The translations under genes and the position numbers were made by a program. Under the pieces are notes generated by a model. That model worked only from the letters and a program-made list of their open reading frames with translations. It searched no databases and had not been told where the DNA came from. A stretch of 64,000 bases of DNA from Octopus sinensis (taxonomy: Eukaryota): positions 1,860,001 to 1,924,000 of the forward strand of contig NC_042997.1 in NCBI RefSeq assembly GCF_006345805.1, given 5' to 3'. This document shows, piece by piece, positions 14,370-29,022 of the stretch (position 1 is the stretch's first letter; each line of letters begins with the position of its first letter).

Positions 14370-14725
14370 TACTGTGATGATGATGATGATGATGATGATG
14401 ATAACTGCATGAAATTCGCTCATGGTGATGACGTAGATGAAGCTGACGAGACTAAACAACACTAGCGAAGATGATTATGGTGGTGATGATGATGATGATG
14501 ATGATGATAATGATGACGACGGTGATGACGAGATGATAATCATGATGGCGATGATGATGACAACGTCAATGATGAAAATGATGATGGTGATGATGATAAT
14601 TATGATGATATTTATGATTATGCTGATGATGATAAAGTCGACGACGACGAGGAGGAGGAGAAGGAGAGTGATGACGAGCAAGAAAACGAAAATAGTTATG
14701 ATGTTGATGTTGTTGATGATGATAT
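14370..14725. repeat. Compound (GAT)n/(GAC)/(GAG) trinucleotide region
   Basis: Seen directly; source of the poly-D/poly-M ORF. Confidence 0.9.
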
Positions 14726-15141
14726 TTCTGTATTTAAGAAAGATTAAAATATATTCTATAAAGATTAGTCACTGAGATGTGCGGTGATTGGTCGAAAAAT
14801 GTGTGAGATTATAGAATATTAAATATTTATATAATTATATCAATATCAGGAATAGATGTACTCAAAAGATTGGTTCATTCAGACAACAAAGTATAACATT
14901 TCAACTGTCTCAATAACATTATGAGAACGAATGCCCACCCAATGAAGCTAAAAATTAAGATTGTACATTTTTTGCCAGCTATAGATTCCTTTTTTATTCA
15001 CTTTATCCATGTATATTTCATTAGGTATATACATATGTTCATACAGACAGACAGGCATATATGTGTGTGTGTGGATGTGTGTATGTATATGTGTGTGTGT
15101 ATGTCTGTATATATATGTACACACACACACACATACACCCC

Positions 15142-15600
<459 letters not shown>

Positions 15601-15602
15601 TA

Positions 15603-15642
<40 letters not shown>

Positions 15643-15779
15643 GAAAGGGCAGTAATCATATTTAGTAGGAGTGACATATATTTACCTAGAACAGTAGCAT
15701 TCGGCTACATGTGACATAAAATTTCCCAGATCCCTAACGGAAGCACACGGAACTTCGAACCGAATCAAACTGATTTAAA

Positions 15780-15898
15780 TGATAATAATAATAATAGTGA
15801 TAATAATATAATAATAATAATAATAATAATATAATAATAATATAATAATAATAATAAAATAATAATAATAAAATTAAAAATAATAATAATAATAATAA

Positions 15899-15970
<72 letters not shown>
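15780..15970. repeat. (AAT)n microsatellite
   Basis: Seen directly. Similar tracts occur at 16093-16130, 17060-17148, 42447-42532 and 44599-44670. Confidence 0.95.
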
Positions 15971-15974
<4 letters not shown>

Positions 15975-16088
15975 TTTTACCTGTGAATTGGCGTGTGTAA
16001 TCTGGGAATGCATACAATGACCTTCTTTGCCCTAGGTGTACGGAAATCACTCGGTGAGAAACGGAAGAAAATTTTAAGAATGATGGAA

Positions 16089-16124
<36 letters not shown>

Positions 16125-16145
16125 TATAATAACATTTTAAAAAAT

Positions 16146-17040
16146 TTTAGTTTCAGCTCAGAGCTGCGGCCATGCTGATGCACCGCCGTTTTGTGCTACA
16201 CTGTTATTGCGAAGAACCTCATCTAATATGTGGCACTTGGTGAAGAATGGAAGTTGATATAGCTACTCTCATTTGCACCTCTTGCCGTGAGGTAGGTTCA
16301 TCTGGGACTCTCGACTGGAAGATGTCCAGGTTTGATTTTAAAACCGCTACATCTACTTTGTGCAAGTACCTCAGACTCTTTGGGAGAATATTAAAAAAGC
16401 TGTGGGCCCCCGAAACCCAGGCTGTTGCAGAAACTGGTCCTGAAGCGTGAGAGCATTGCTGGGATCTTTGACACTATGCAGTGTCGTCCCGTTCTAGCAT
16501 TGGTGTAGCTTACAATGCCAAAATTTGGCACAATTCCTTCCAGGATCTTCCAGACATATATTACTGCATACCTCTCCCGTCTTCTCTCCAGGGAGTAGAG
16601 TCTTAGCTGTTTCAACCTTTTCCAGTAGCTGAACTGTTGCAAAGAGACGATCTTCTTTGTGAATCTTCTCTGGATTGCTTCAAGGTCCGCTGTTAATTTT
16701 ACACTGGTGGGTGACCATAGCTGTGAGCAGTAATCCAGGCGGCTGAGGACGAATGTCCGCCAGAGGACCATCATAGTTTCCTTATCTTTGGTTCTGAATG
16801 TTCTTAGGATCCACCCAACCAGTCGTCTGCACTTTGTAGCCATCCTGGTAATGTGCACTTAGAAAGAGGTATCATCACTCATGTCAATACCCAGGTCCCT
16901 CACAAACTTAGGCTCTGGGATTGAAATTCCCTGTGGACCAATGTATCGTGTTAGTTTAATATTCAGTTTTGGATGCTGGTAGCGCAGGGCCTGGAATTTT
17001 TCAGCATTAAACTGCATATTATTATCCTCAGCCCATCTGA
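16146..17040 (-). mobile_element. 5'-truncated CR1/L2-group LINE (RT C-terminus and 3' UTR)
   Basis: ORF 16391-16858 contains GWILRTF..LWRTFVLSRLDYCSQLWSP..LEAIQRRFTK..YWKRLKQLRLYSLERRRER; upstream WAEDNNMQFNAEKFQAL. Flanked by (AAT)n tracts. Confidence 0.9.
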
Positions 17041-17057
17041 GTAATAATAAATAACAA

Positions 17058-17151
<94 letters not shown>

Positions 17152-18195
17152 TCTGGACGTGAGAGAATACGTAAGCATGTCTTTTATTGTAACATAACAA
17201 TGAAGTGCACGATAAAATATCAAAGAAGTAAGCACCTGCCAATATATGGAATAATAATCTGGACGTGACAGCGGCTGGACGTGTTCTTCGCTGCTCTGGC
17301 CTGTCAGCAGCTGAAGACATAGAAACAATAATACAACCCAACAGGACAACTGAAAAAAATAACTCTAAAAGACTGGAATATCTAGTTTCTGTGAGTATTT
17401 TGAATTTCCCTCAAAATAAGTTAAGGCACTTACATATCTAGAGCTTTGGACATACAAACGAACACCTCAAAGAAATTAGAAACTTTAATATCTCCAATTT
17501 TGTTTGAACATTTTGTCTTCCCTTCTTCCCTGACTCACAGAATATGTAAACATGCCTTTTATTGTAACATCACAATTAAGTGCACGATAAAAAATGAACC
17601 TGCTAATATATACTGCACAACTACAAAAACTGTAAACCACAGCAAAACTTTTAAAAAAGAAGAAACACTCCAAAAGAAAAAGAAATTCAGAAATTCAAAA
17701 ATCCAACGAGGTGAACATCTCTTCCTCCTACTATTTCAAAATACTGGAATATCTATAATTTTCTCTGAATATTTTAAATCTACCTCAAAATAAAAAAAAA
17801 AATTAGAAAACTTACATACCTACAGCTTTCGGCACACAAACGATTAGCTTCAAAAAGACAAAAAAAACTTTAATACGACTACTGTGTGAATACTCATCCT
17901 TTCCTCTGTCCCAGAGTATTCGAAAATGTAAACTTCATCCTCCTTTTTATTCTAAGAACACTACCATTTCTCTCTGTGCGGTCATACAAAAGAACATATT
18001 TAGTTACTCTTAAAACTTTACTATCTACAACTTGTTTTCTTTTCTTTTTGACTTAAAAACTCTCATATATTACCCAAATACGTAAACACACCTTTTGTGG
18101 CAACAACTCAATTGAATTCAGAAATTCAAAAATTCAACGAAGTGAATATCAGTATATATGTGTCTATATGTGTGTGTGTGTGTGTATATATGTTG

Positions 18196-18239
<44 letters not shown>

Positions 18240-18479
18240 GCCGTTGTTCTACCAGTAATTACAAATAGAACAGTTTGAATTGATTCTTTTCAAGGCAGCG
18301 CTCTCAGAAGTCAGTGGTAGTAGTAAACACATTTGTCCTCTCCTGACCTAAAGGGTTCGGAAAATTCCTTTGTTTCTATGGCTGACCTCCCTATCACCTG
18401 CCGAATCTATTTATAGACCTGTAGAGTATTATTTTTTTTACCAAACTCCTACCCAACAAGTTCCTGAAACAATGGTAGT

Positions 18480-18710
18480 GTTGGTGTTGGTGATAATGAT
18501 AAAAATAAAAATAATAATAATGCGCTACAGCTGCTAATACGAAATACTACCAGTACTTCAATAATAATACTGCAACTACTACTATTATGATAGCACAAGT
18601 ACCTGAGGCCCAACTGCCACGCTTACGACTACCCCCATCTCTACTGATGTTCCTGCTGATGCAACTACTCCTGCTATTACACGTAAAAACAATAATATCA
18701 GTGATATCAG

Positions 18711-18789
<79 letters not shown>

Positions 18790-18790
18790 A
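18480..18790. repeat. Compound (CTA/CTG)-(GAT)n trinucleotide repeat
   Basis: Seen directly. Confidence 0.9.
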
Positions 18791-20710
18791 ACAATAAATA
18801 TTTATGCCCTGATGAGGTAAATATGTCCTGATGCAGTACCAGGTAGTGGCTCTCATGACTTCTGATCTGATGTAATTGGAAGTGTTATCATGTACATTAT
18901 TTTGTCTTGGTATAAAAGATGGGCTACAGCAAATATTCTGCTCAGATTTGCTTGTCAGTTATGTGACCTTAACCAGTTGATCTTATCCCTCTTGGGCTGA
19001 CGATATGTGCATCTCTGATCACAAGCAGAAGTAGCGGGGGTGCATCATAGCCATGTGATGAGAGGGATTCTTTGGGGTTTGAATAATTCACCTTTAGAAA
19101 CATGGATGTTTCGTTCAACTTCCTTAAACAACCCTTATTCAAGGTCCTTTTGAGCGGGATGGGTTACTCAACCAGAAGAAAATTTTAACTGGGCTCCACC
19201 TGCAAGGTCATGTGCTGTTTATCTTGATATGAGATTACCATGTCGCTCACATATGTATATATATGCATATACGTGTATATATATATATATATATATGTGA
19301 GTATATATGTATATATATATATGTAATGAGGAAGTAAATGGTATAGTTATCTACTTTATACTGCAAAATTAATAAGTGCACTAATAGAGCTTCAAGATTA
19401 TAAAGATTAAAAATGAGAGGACACATTTCGAAGGTCAGTGTTCATATTCACTCAATGCATTTCAAGTTGTCGGAATTCTCCACAATATACATAAGTGTAT
19501 TCATATTCACAAGATATAGTAATAATTTATAAGAATTCATAAATATATAAAAATTGATATATGTATATATATATATATATATAGATATATAAAAATCATA
19601 TAAACATATAAATGCATAAATATATAAATACATTAATGTGCTTGTCGTGTTGAGTGTCCGTATTAAATCTAATGAGGAGGTTAGGTGCGAAATTAATATA
19701 AAGTGACTTTAATAGGAATCCTGTACAAGTGCACAGTCTGACGGCCGTTTAGGGAAGATATGAGTTGGTATGAGAGAGCTAACTCCAACCATAGCAATCA
19801 TCTATACTTCTCTCATCAGAGTTAAAAGATTTAAAGAGTCGTTAAAATTAAAAACATTTAAGAGATATGAAACATTTGAGCAATTTAAAAAATGAATGCT
19901 GTGTCGGACCATACTGTTCATGAGGATGATGTAGTTAGAAGTAAAGTTGATTGTTTTTATTAGGCACAAAGGCCTGAACATAGAGTGGAAGCTACAAGAA
20001 CAGACAGCGAAAGCTCACCTAGGAACATAAATTACAAAGCGATGAATAACATGAATAATGATATGAGGATGAACATCTTACCTGAGCCCCACCCTCAGTC
20101 AGTTTCATTTCTTTATCTTGTTAAATCTTTTAAATTTTCCTCAGGCCATACAATGTATGGCTATATTTCGTTGATATCTACCACCGAGCGGAATGAGTAG
20201 TATCTCACCTCTAACCCCAGTGTCTTTTAAAGCTTTGTACTGTTGGCTTGTTTGCAATGATGTATTTTTTTATCTGATGTGTCTGCATTAGTGAGGTGGT
20301 TAAGTTGTCTGTTTGGTTTTTCTTGTGTGTTCTATATTTTCTTTCTATTGTGTCTGGGGAGAGTCATTTTCGTTTTGTACTTTATAATTTAACACATTCA
20401 CCGGTAAAATTTCCAATTATTTCTTATTTATAGTTTCCTAAAATTTTCGTTGCGTCTTGCAACATATTCAATAGTCTTGATTAAGTCCGTTAATTATACT
20501 GCGTTCCTTTTTGTCTTTTTGCGCATGCGTGTGGGTCAGTGTATGTGTGTGTGTGCCTATGCATGCATGTATGTATGCAACTATGTATGTAAGCATGTGT
20601 GTCTTTGTATATATGTGTGCGTATGCAAATGTATATATGTATATGTATGCATCTGTACGTATGTATTCTGCATATGCATGTGCTTGCCCGTCCGTGTTTG
20701 TGTATTTTTA

Positions 20711-20746
<36 letters not shown>

Positions 20747-21281
20747 TGTTGTGCAGTACTTGCAACCACACCAACGGCCTCACAGGTTGTGTAGTGGGTA
20801 ATATGGATGTGATTTCACTCTACCCTTGTATAGACATAGGTTTTGCTGTGGAGAAATGAATTTAGATAATCTGTGAGAGTGAGGTGGAGTTCCGTAAGAT
20901 CAACACGTGGGAACTGGGCCTCCTCCTCACACTAAGCTATGACAGTAATTATTTATATAACCATGACCTCAGTAGATTCTGCTCAACCAGGTCACAGAGG
21001 AGAAGACAAACCACCATCACTTCAGCAGCGAAGAAAAGCACCACAGAGCCCTGGAGTGGCTGGACTGCACGCACCCAAAACCATGAGAGCGACAATCAGG
21101 TGAAAGAAATGATTACACATGCAATAAAGGCCAGTGTAAAACCACCTTGAAGAACCACGTAGTAAAGTTTAACTAAACACTATACATGCAGTTTCGAGGT
21201 GCATAACTGGGTACTAAAAGGCACAAATGTTTTAGGAGTATATCTAAAAAAATGACTTAGTTGTTTGTGTTGGTGCTTGAG

Positions 21282-21369
<88 letters not shown>

Positions 21370-21544
21370 TATATATATACTCATATAAACACACATATAT
21401 ATATATAACATAAAAAAATATCACTCAGCTTAAGGACGCACACGTCATCAACCTTGTTTACATTCGAATTTTTCGAATTTTACATACACACACCCGCACG
21501 CACACACACATACACACACACACACATACACAAAGAGAAAACAC

Positions 21545-21720
21545 AACAATGCGTGGACGTGGAATATGTATAGTGTTATTGGACGCTCAGGATATGCAAG
21601 AAAGAAGGAGAATTAAACGTTTCGAGCGGAGCTCTTCGTCAGAAACATAGGAAACGGAAAGATCCATGGAAAGGAAGACGGAGGAAAAACATCGCCAACG
21701 ATACACACGTGGTCATCTGC
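21545..21720 (-). mobile_element. Solo PLE terminal repeat with an intact hammerhead core
   Basis: Minus strand reads TGTTT-CTGACGA-A-GAGC(TCC)GCTC-GAAA-CGTTTA. Flanks are homologous to 4230-4370. Confidence 0.65.
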
Positions 21721-22442
21721 ATGTTCATGCATGTATATATTCTTTGAACATACTCCTATTTACATTCCATTGCATACAGGCCTATATGTATATATACTGA
21801 AATTTATTTCATATTGCCACAACATATGAAGCGCTGCTTTTTGTATGATTTTCTGTGTGCCTGCCTGGTTAATAAGAACAACAACTGGGATGAAATTGTT
21901 TGAATTTTAGGAATTTGGTTGCTTTTGAATATTCATATAACACAGAAATTCTCTGCATCGGTGAGTAATAAATTACATTTAAAGACAGTTAATTTCAGGT
22001 GTGTATGGATAATAAAAACCAAAGAATATCACATTAATTAGTTTATATTGCGAATTAGCATCTTGGTTATTAGATTAAATGCCACGCTGTATTTTCTCTT
22101 TGTTTCCAGTGAAAAACTAGAAGCATGTGCTAGATTTCTATGTTATATTTTATGATCCAAACAACTCCTATATACACAGTGGGAGAAAAATATACGCACG
22201 CTCTCTATGTTTCTCCGTTTGTCGCTCTCTCTCTCTCTCTCTCGCTTTCTCATTCTACCTCATCTTCGTCCATCAGATATTCATACGTTTCCCAACATGT
22301 ACATATGTTTCACCATAATAAACAAATCTTGCATATATATATATATATATATATTGCACGTAAACACATATAAATGTATGTCCCACGGCACATACACATA
22401 CACAAACACAGACGCACGCACACAGACACACGCATACATACT

Positions 22443-22521
<79 letters not shown>

Positions 22522-23684
22522 ATGTTATGTATATATGGAAACCGCTACACACACAAACACACACAAAACAACACGGATACAAACACAAACATAGACACGG
22601 ACACACACAGACACACACACACACAGACACATACTCACACGATTGCGCGTACACACACACATACACACAGACACACACAAACACACGCACTCAAGAATAG
22701 TAATAAATGCGTTTAATAATACACAGAAAAATGTATAAAGATGTAAGTATTATTCTAAATCTTTACTATTGTTTTTATTAATTTACGTTTTAAAAAGATT
22801 GAAGGAAAAACGTACAGATAAACGAAGAAAATTCAGCAATAATCAACAGTGAGAGAGAAAGAAAAATCAAGATAAAGACTAACAAAAACGAAATAAAACA
22901 GAAAGACAATATAATGCTGTTATTCATTTTTCCTGAAGTTCTACAATTATCGCGGTTAATTTAATCACGCGTTTCGCTAAAGTAAATAAATTAATGAAAG
23001 GTTGTTGAAATCAAATCATGTTTTAATCTAATTAAAATTATGGATTCTTCAATGTGTTGTTTTCTGAGACCATATTTAACTTGGAATCGATACTTTCCAG
23101 TGTATGCATTCTTCATGAATATACGCAAGATTATTTCACAATTAGATATCAAGCGAGCTCAAGCACTGCCAGCATATGTTTCTTTCCTCTTGACATAGAA
23201 TCGTATTGTCCTTCAATTCATCTTTTAAAGTAAGGTTTACTTGAAAAGCCACTTTTTTTAAAGGAGAAAGCATTAATCTAACGTTTTACAAGCCTAAGGG
23301 GATAACTGCTTGTGAGCATGACATAACTGCCGATAATACGGGAGTGTTTCCAAGATTACGATGGATTTAGCAGAGATTACACAACATCTAAGTAAATATT
23401 GAGTGGGCCAAAGTATCACCTTAAACTAATGCCTTAATAGAATTTGAAAATATATGTGTGTATCTTTGTGTGCGTGTCTGTATATATCACGTGATGTGAT
23501 CGACTAGACAATCATATATTATTACAGGTGTTATATCACTGGTCGCAATGCGTTTTCAATCCATATGACATTCGGATGACGCCATCCTACTATATACATA
23601 TGTATATAAATCACCGGGCGAAATGTTTAGTGATCTGTATTTACGTTCTGAGTTAAAATTCCGCCGAGGTCGAATTTGCAGTGA

Positions 23685-24000
23685 AGGAGCATGGCTCAGT
23701 GGTTAGAGCGTCAAGTTTACGATCATGAGGTTGTGAGCTCGAATCCCGGACCGGGCTGCATGTTGCGTTCTTGAGCAAGACACTTTAGTTCACGTTGCTG
23801 CAGTTTACTCAGCTGTAGAAATGAGTTGCGACGTCACTGGTGCCAAGCTGTACCGGCCGCTGCATTTCTCTTGGATAACACTGGTGGCGTGAAAAGGGGA
23901 GGTCTTCCATAAGCAACTTTTCCTGGACATGTGCTTGGGAGGGTAACTTTCTAGGTGCAATCCCATGGTCTGTGTCGTGACCGAAGGGGGTCTCAGAATA
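23685..24000 (+). mobile_element. tRNA-derived SINE with Pol III A and B boxes
   Basis: A box TGGCTCAGTGG (23692-23702), B-box-like GCTCGAATCC, then the conserved ttcttgagcaagacact core and a (TATG)/(TA) tail. Confidence 0.8.
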
Positions 24001-24544
24001 CGACGTATGTGTGTATGCATGTATGAATGTATGTATATGTATATATATATATATATAATTTATAAATAGGGTTCAGCAACGATTTGTTTCAGCACATACC
24101 GAAGTTTAGAAATAGCAGTCAAAAATCTTAACTATTCCTTCTATTTTAAAAGGGCTTCCCAGAAAAACTAACGCAATTGAAAACAAACCGCGCAGGCAAA
24201 AGGGAAAAATGATGAAAATCATTCTATATTAGGTTACCCACGTTCGTACGTTTCGGAATTAGATCAGTATAAAGCATAAATAATAAATAATTATACCTTA
24301 CCCGACCATTTTCGGCTCTTCAGCGTGGGATTCCTCAATTATAAATTAATAAATATTAGATTTGAAGGCACTGGAAAATATCTCTTCACCTAACGGTATC
24401 AGAAAGATCATATTCCGTGCTAGTGCCGCCAAATTTTAAATACGAATGAGAGTTAATCATCCTCCCCTGCCCACTAGCGTGTTGCCAAGCAAGATGCTAC
24501 AGAGAGAAACTGTAGTTTTTTATCTGGGAGAAAAATTCCATCAT

Positions 24545-24616
<72 letters not shown>

Positions 24617-26224
24617 ATGTATGTATGTATGTATGTATGTATGTATGTATGTAGTATGTATGTATGTATGTATGTATGTATGTATGTATGTATGTATGTA
24701 TATCACATATGATGTAAGGTGAGTTAACATTGTGCTGATGTAAAACTTGCTACAAAATATAAACTGTGTTTGTGTGTGGATATATGTGGTATTAATACAG
24801 TCTCATCTGCACACAAACAGAAATTCATGTCTAGTCTTGTCTGATGGGGTTTTTCGTAGTTTAGTTCTTTTACAAATTTTACTAATTTATCATGTACCCA
24901 AGTATTGCACTGTCGTACATATTTAATTATTTATTGAGTAATATCACTCAAATCAGGAAGATTGAAATTACACGTCTCAATTTCCTCCAACACAATGAAT
25001 TTCTCGCAAGATATTTCAAGAAAAACAGATAAACAATTCCAAAAGATATTTTCTTCAATCTACAGTTCGTTTTGCAATCCATCGAATCAAAGACTGCTCT
25101 GGTGAGGCATACTGGTATCGTGCACTTAGAACTGTCTTGTTTGGTTGTCGAACATATTACGTTCTTCCTTAGAATTACAGAGCGGCTCGTACTACGTTCT
25201 ATATGTTTTTAAATGAATTGTGTTACATTTTTCACATCTGTTCTTTTTCATATTCTACGCGTAGAATAATTTCACTGAATGGAGTTGATTGAGTTCAACA
25301 TGTGTGTCTTAATCCAATAATATTATTCCGGATTGTTTTTCACTGATTTGTTAAATTATGAGGAAATGTATTTTAAAAATAACCAGGCAGTTAGAAAATT
25401 TCGAAGTATGATTAACCCTCTCAACGATTGAAGATAGCTTCAAATATTCAAAAGCCTAGCTAATAAAATGCTAAGTCTTTCACAGGAAGTTGTATTGGGC
25501 AATAACAACTGCCTTATTTATTGGAGTCGAAGCAGAAGCGTATGCAGAGCCGAGGCCAGTCCCAATATATATTTGCACAAGTGATTGTTTCATGTTGAGG
25601 ATCCAGATATCTTTCAATTTCTATGTAACTAAATACTAAACCTGCTATATTATTATTATTATACTATAGCCTAATTAAGCTATACATAAAAATAATACAG
25701 AACAAGTTTGTGTTGGTATATTGGTTTATTTCGTTTTATTCAGTTACACACTTTGTGAGCAAGTACGGTCGGCCATCTAAATCCTCAAGATTTTCTCCCG
25801 CCTAACCAGAAGCCCCTTCTCTGTGTACTACCTCACTAGCTATCCCGCAGTGAAGATCCTGTCTACAATTTCCCTTTTATTATCCCATTGGCACTGCCCT
25901 ACAATACCTCAGATTGGATCAGTGAAAATACTCAATGAATACAAAGTTATTATTTTTAACACAAACAGTGATAGTGACTGCGAAAATTCAGACAGCTGAA
26001 CTATCATCGGCTTGTATGGGTATGTTTATGAGTGCCTTTATGTATTGTAGAAATATAAGTAAGCAAAGATAATTCCACCATTACGGACAAAGTTACAGGC
26101 ACATACACATGCAAGGTAACTGTGAAACGTTGACCCTGTTTGAAAGAGAACTCAAATAGGTTGATGCATATACCACAGTTACGTCTTCTGTATTTCTTTA
26201 CTGACGTCGTCGGTGTTGTTGTTG

Positions 26225-26400
26225 AGTTGAACGGTAGATATTGCTTGGAGTCCGTTAGCTTATAGTAGATATCTGTATTTATTTCGTTGCTAGATTTCTT
26301 AATTAGGATGTTGAGGAACATTTGTAGATGGTTGTATTGCATCGAGAATTGAATGTTTACGTCAAGTCCAATTATAATTCTTTAAGTCAATCTATACTTT
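26225..26400 (-). mobile_element. PLE RT thumb fragment
   Basis: FLNILIKKSSNEINTDIYYKLTDSKQYLPFNS matches the FLD..TDIYYKPTDSKQYL motif; same type as 5255-6130. Confidence 0.65.
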
Positions 26401-26761
26401 CATGCCAAAGAATGAAACAGTCATCCAGTTACCTCTTCCAGTTTCTATGTAGAGGGAGCATGGGTTTACGATAAAGACTGATTTCTAGACATCTCGTGAC
26501 TAGGTTAGCAAAGGAGGCGGGGCATTCACGTACCCATTAAATATATTTTTAAAATATAGAAAAAAATATTTGGAAATATTTAGAAAAAAACATTGAATCT
26601 TCCACAATTTATTGTTTTTCATGCTTTACTCTAAGTTTTATGCTTTACTCTAAGTCGTAAAGAATGGAATCGGTACTAAAATGTTCTTCATGATAAAATT
26701 TTTTTACCATTTTCTACCTTGTCTTTTTTTACTTATACATATCAACATGAGTTCCTATTCA

Positions 26762-26789
26762 ACCTGCTGCTGCTACTACTACTACTACA

Positions 26790-26846
<57 letters not shown>

Positions 26847-26985
26847 GCTACCGCTGCTGCCGCTGCTGCCGCTGCTGCCGCTGCTGCCGCTGCTGCCGCT
26901 GCTGCCGCTGCTGCCGCTGCTGCCGCTGCTGCCGCTGCTGCCGCTGCTGCTGTTGCTGCTGCTGCTGCTACTACTACTACTACTA
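26762..26985. repeat. (CTA)n followed by about 11 copies of CCGCTGCTG and (CTG)/(CTA)
   Basis: Seen directly; the 9-mer array spans 26851-26949. Confidence 0.95.
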
Positions 26986-27074
26986 CATCCTCCTCCACAC
27001 TCTCTCTCTCTCTGTATATATATATATATATATGCATTTACATCCTACATATACGCGCACATGTACAGACATAC

Positions 27075-27560
27075 AAACACCAAACCGGCTTTTCCAGCAG
27101 GGATAAGGAATTGTGTCCGCTAAATGGAGGCTATATGTCCGAGGCGATTATTTATAAAGCCACCGTAAATTCTACGATCGCTAATAACACAGAATCATCA
27201 ATGAGATAGGTGGGTCTCACAGAGGGAAATTGAAATGCGAGGTTCAACAATTGTACCTTAAGCTGCAGACACTGGAATAAACGAAAACAAACAACCAAAT
27301 TATCCAGATATATATGGTTCTTAAATGAACATGGTGCCAGCTATATGATTTACTTGAAGAACTTAGTCAAGTGTAAACCTTATGCCGACCATAGTGGCAA
27401 GTGCGGTCTTTGTAATATGGAAAGATGGCTCATCTGGTAAAGTTCCTAGGATCCCGTTACATGTCTAAATACGAGAACTGAAATTTCTGATTCATGTCCA
27501 CATGTGACAAAATACATATTACTATTTTGGACACTCCAAGATCACGGCTAGAATCTACAT
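27075..27560 (+). mobile_element. PLE GIY-YIG endonuclease remnant (LYRDD-type family)
   Basis: ELCPLNGGYMSEAIIYKATV, *VGLTEG, KLSRYIWFL and KCGLCNMERW. Confidence 0.75.
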
Positions 27561-27844
27561 TTTTTAATATATTCCTACACAAGCTTCTCATATTGATTCT
27601 TTTAACTTTTAATAAGTGTTTTCATGTTTTAATTCTTCCTTTTTGATTGTGTGAATGAGTACGTGTGTGACTATATCTATATGTATGTATATATTTTACA
27701 TGTATATGGTCGTGTATGTGTATACATGCGTATGCATATGAGTTTAAAGCTGTGTCAGGTGCATAAGTACGAATTTCATGTACACGTTCCCTTCATTTAT
27801 ACGGGTAAACGTATGTTTGTATATGTGCGAGATTAGGTGATATA

Positions 27845-27880
<36 letters not shown>

Positions 27881-28379
27881 TGTATACGTGTAAGCGTGAG
27901 TGTGAATATATGACTGTATACACACATACACACACATATATTTGAATATATATATATACGTATATTTATATTTATAAATGTCTAAATATATATGTATTAT
28001 GTTATGTGTACGCATACAAACACCTTTGTGCATATGGTGATGGAGTTGCAGACACATGACATTGCATGAGCCTTAGGTCAAGTATGTGCAAAATTTGAAT
28101 GGAATCTGTTGGAATCAAGTATTAGTGAGGCATTGATGCAGACACACGCACATACACACACACGTCAGACCCAGTCGCCCCATTCACATATACACACTCA
28201 CACTTATAATTCTCACATACACACACGCTCGCGCACCTTATTTCGTTAGGAACGTCATTATTATCTCCTTTTCATTCAATGTCTTTTTATTATTGCCTCC
28301 TTTTCATTCATCCTTTTTCTGCCAATCATCACAAGTTGTATCGCTGAACTCTTACCAATTTTTTCATTTCAATTTTTTT

Positions 28380-28620
28380 CTGTCGACGAGCGTAGGCTCT
28401 CGAAACGTAATAGACCTTTCCATCTTTCCCGAGCGTTAAACTGTGAACTATATATATAATTAAATGTGACTCGTTGGAGATTTTCTTCCTCGGCCTTCCT
28501 TCTATTGGACGTCCCTGTTTCTGATAAAGAGCGTTACTCGAAATGTTAAACCCAACTTTCTTTCCTTTCCTGAGCGTCTGCTGATACTTTACATGTACCA
28601 TGCCCTCGCGTTGTTGCTTT
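28380..28620 (+). mobile_element. Two tandem PLE terminal-repeat units, each with a degenerate minimal hammerhead
   Basis: TCGACGA-GCGTAGGCTCTC-GAAACGTA (28383-28409) and GTTT-CTGATAA-A-GAG(CGTTA)CTC-GAAA-TGTT-AAAC (28517-28551). Both are followed by a ctttcc(c/t)gagcgt motif also seen at 4315 and 54690. Confidence 0.55.
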
Positions 28621-28654
28621 CTGTGTTTGTTGTTCTTTTTTTGGGGGGATCAGG

Positions 28655-28690
<36 letters not shown>

Positions 28691-28926
28691 TAAATTAGAG
28701 ATAAAACCACTATATCAAAATTATTAAAAAAAGATAATTAACTAATTTTTTTTTAAAATAATTTTGATATATATTTAAAATAATATAAATTAATTAATGT
28801 TATGTATTGGCTTAAGTTTTTCATTGTATGATTTGCCTAATAGTGGTTTTATCTCTAATTTAATATAATATGATATTTTACTAGAAAATTGGATTCAATC
28901 CTAAATCTGATTTTTCCCTGTAAGTT

Positions 28927-28976
<50 letters not shown>

Positions 28977-28987
28977 TATATGCATGC

Positions 28988-29022
<35 letters not shown>

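Noticed and set aside
14437-14775. Poly-Asp/poly-Met ORF
   Set aside because: (GAT)n microsatellite artefact.
20144-20195. Exon candidate after a strong acceptor (ttttcctcag|G)
   Set aside because: The only available donor (GA|GTAGTA) is very weak and the alternative frames hit stops.
23685-23760. Possible tRNA gene
   Set aside because: A and B boxes are present, but there is no convincing cloverleaf and it continues into a SINE core shared with other copies.
26681-27123. Cys-rich ORF (CCRCCR..) resembling a metallothionein or keratin-associated protein
   Set aside because: It is entirely explained by the (CTA)n and (CCGCTGCTG)n repeats; all frames give homopolymers.
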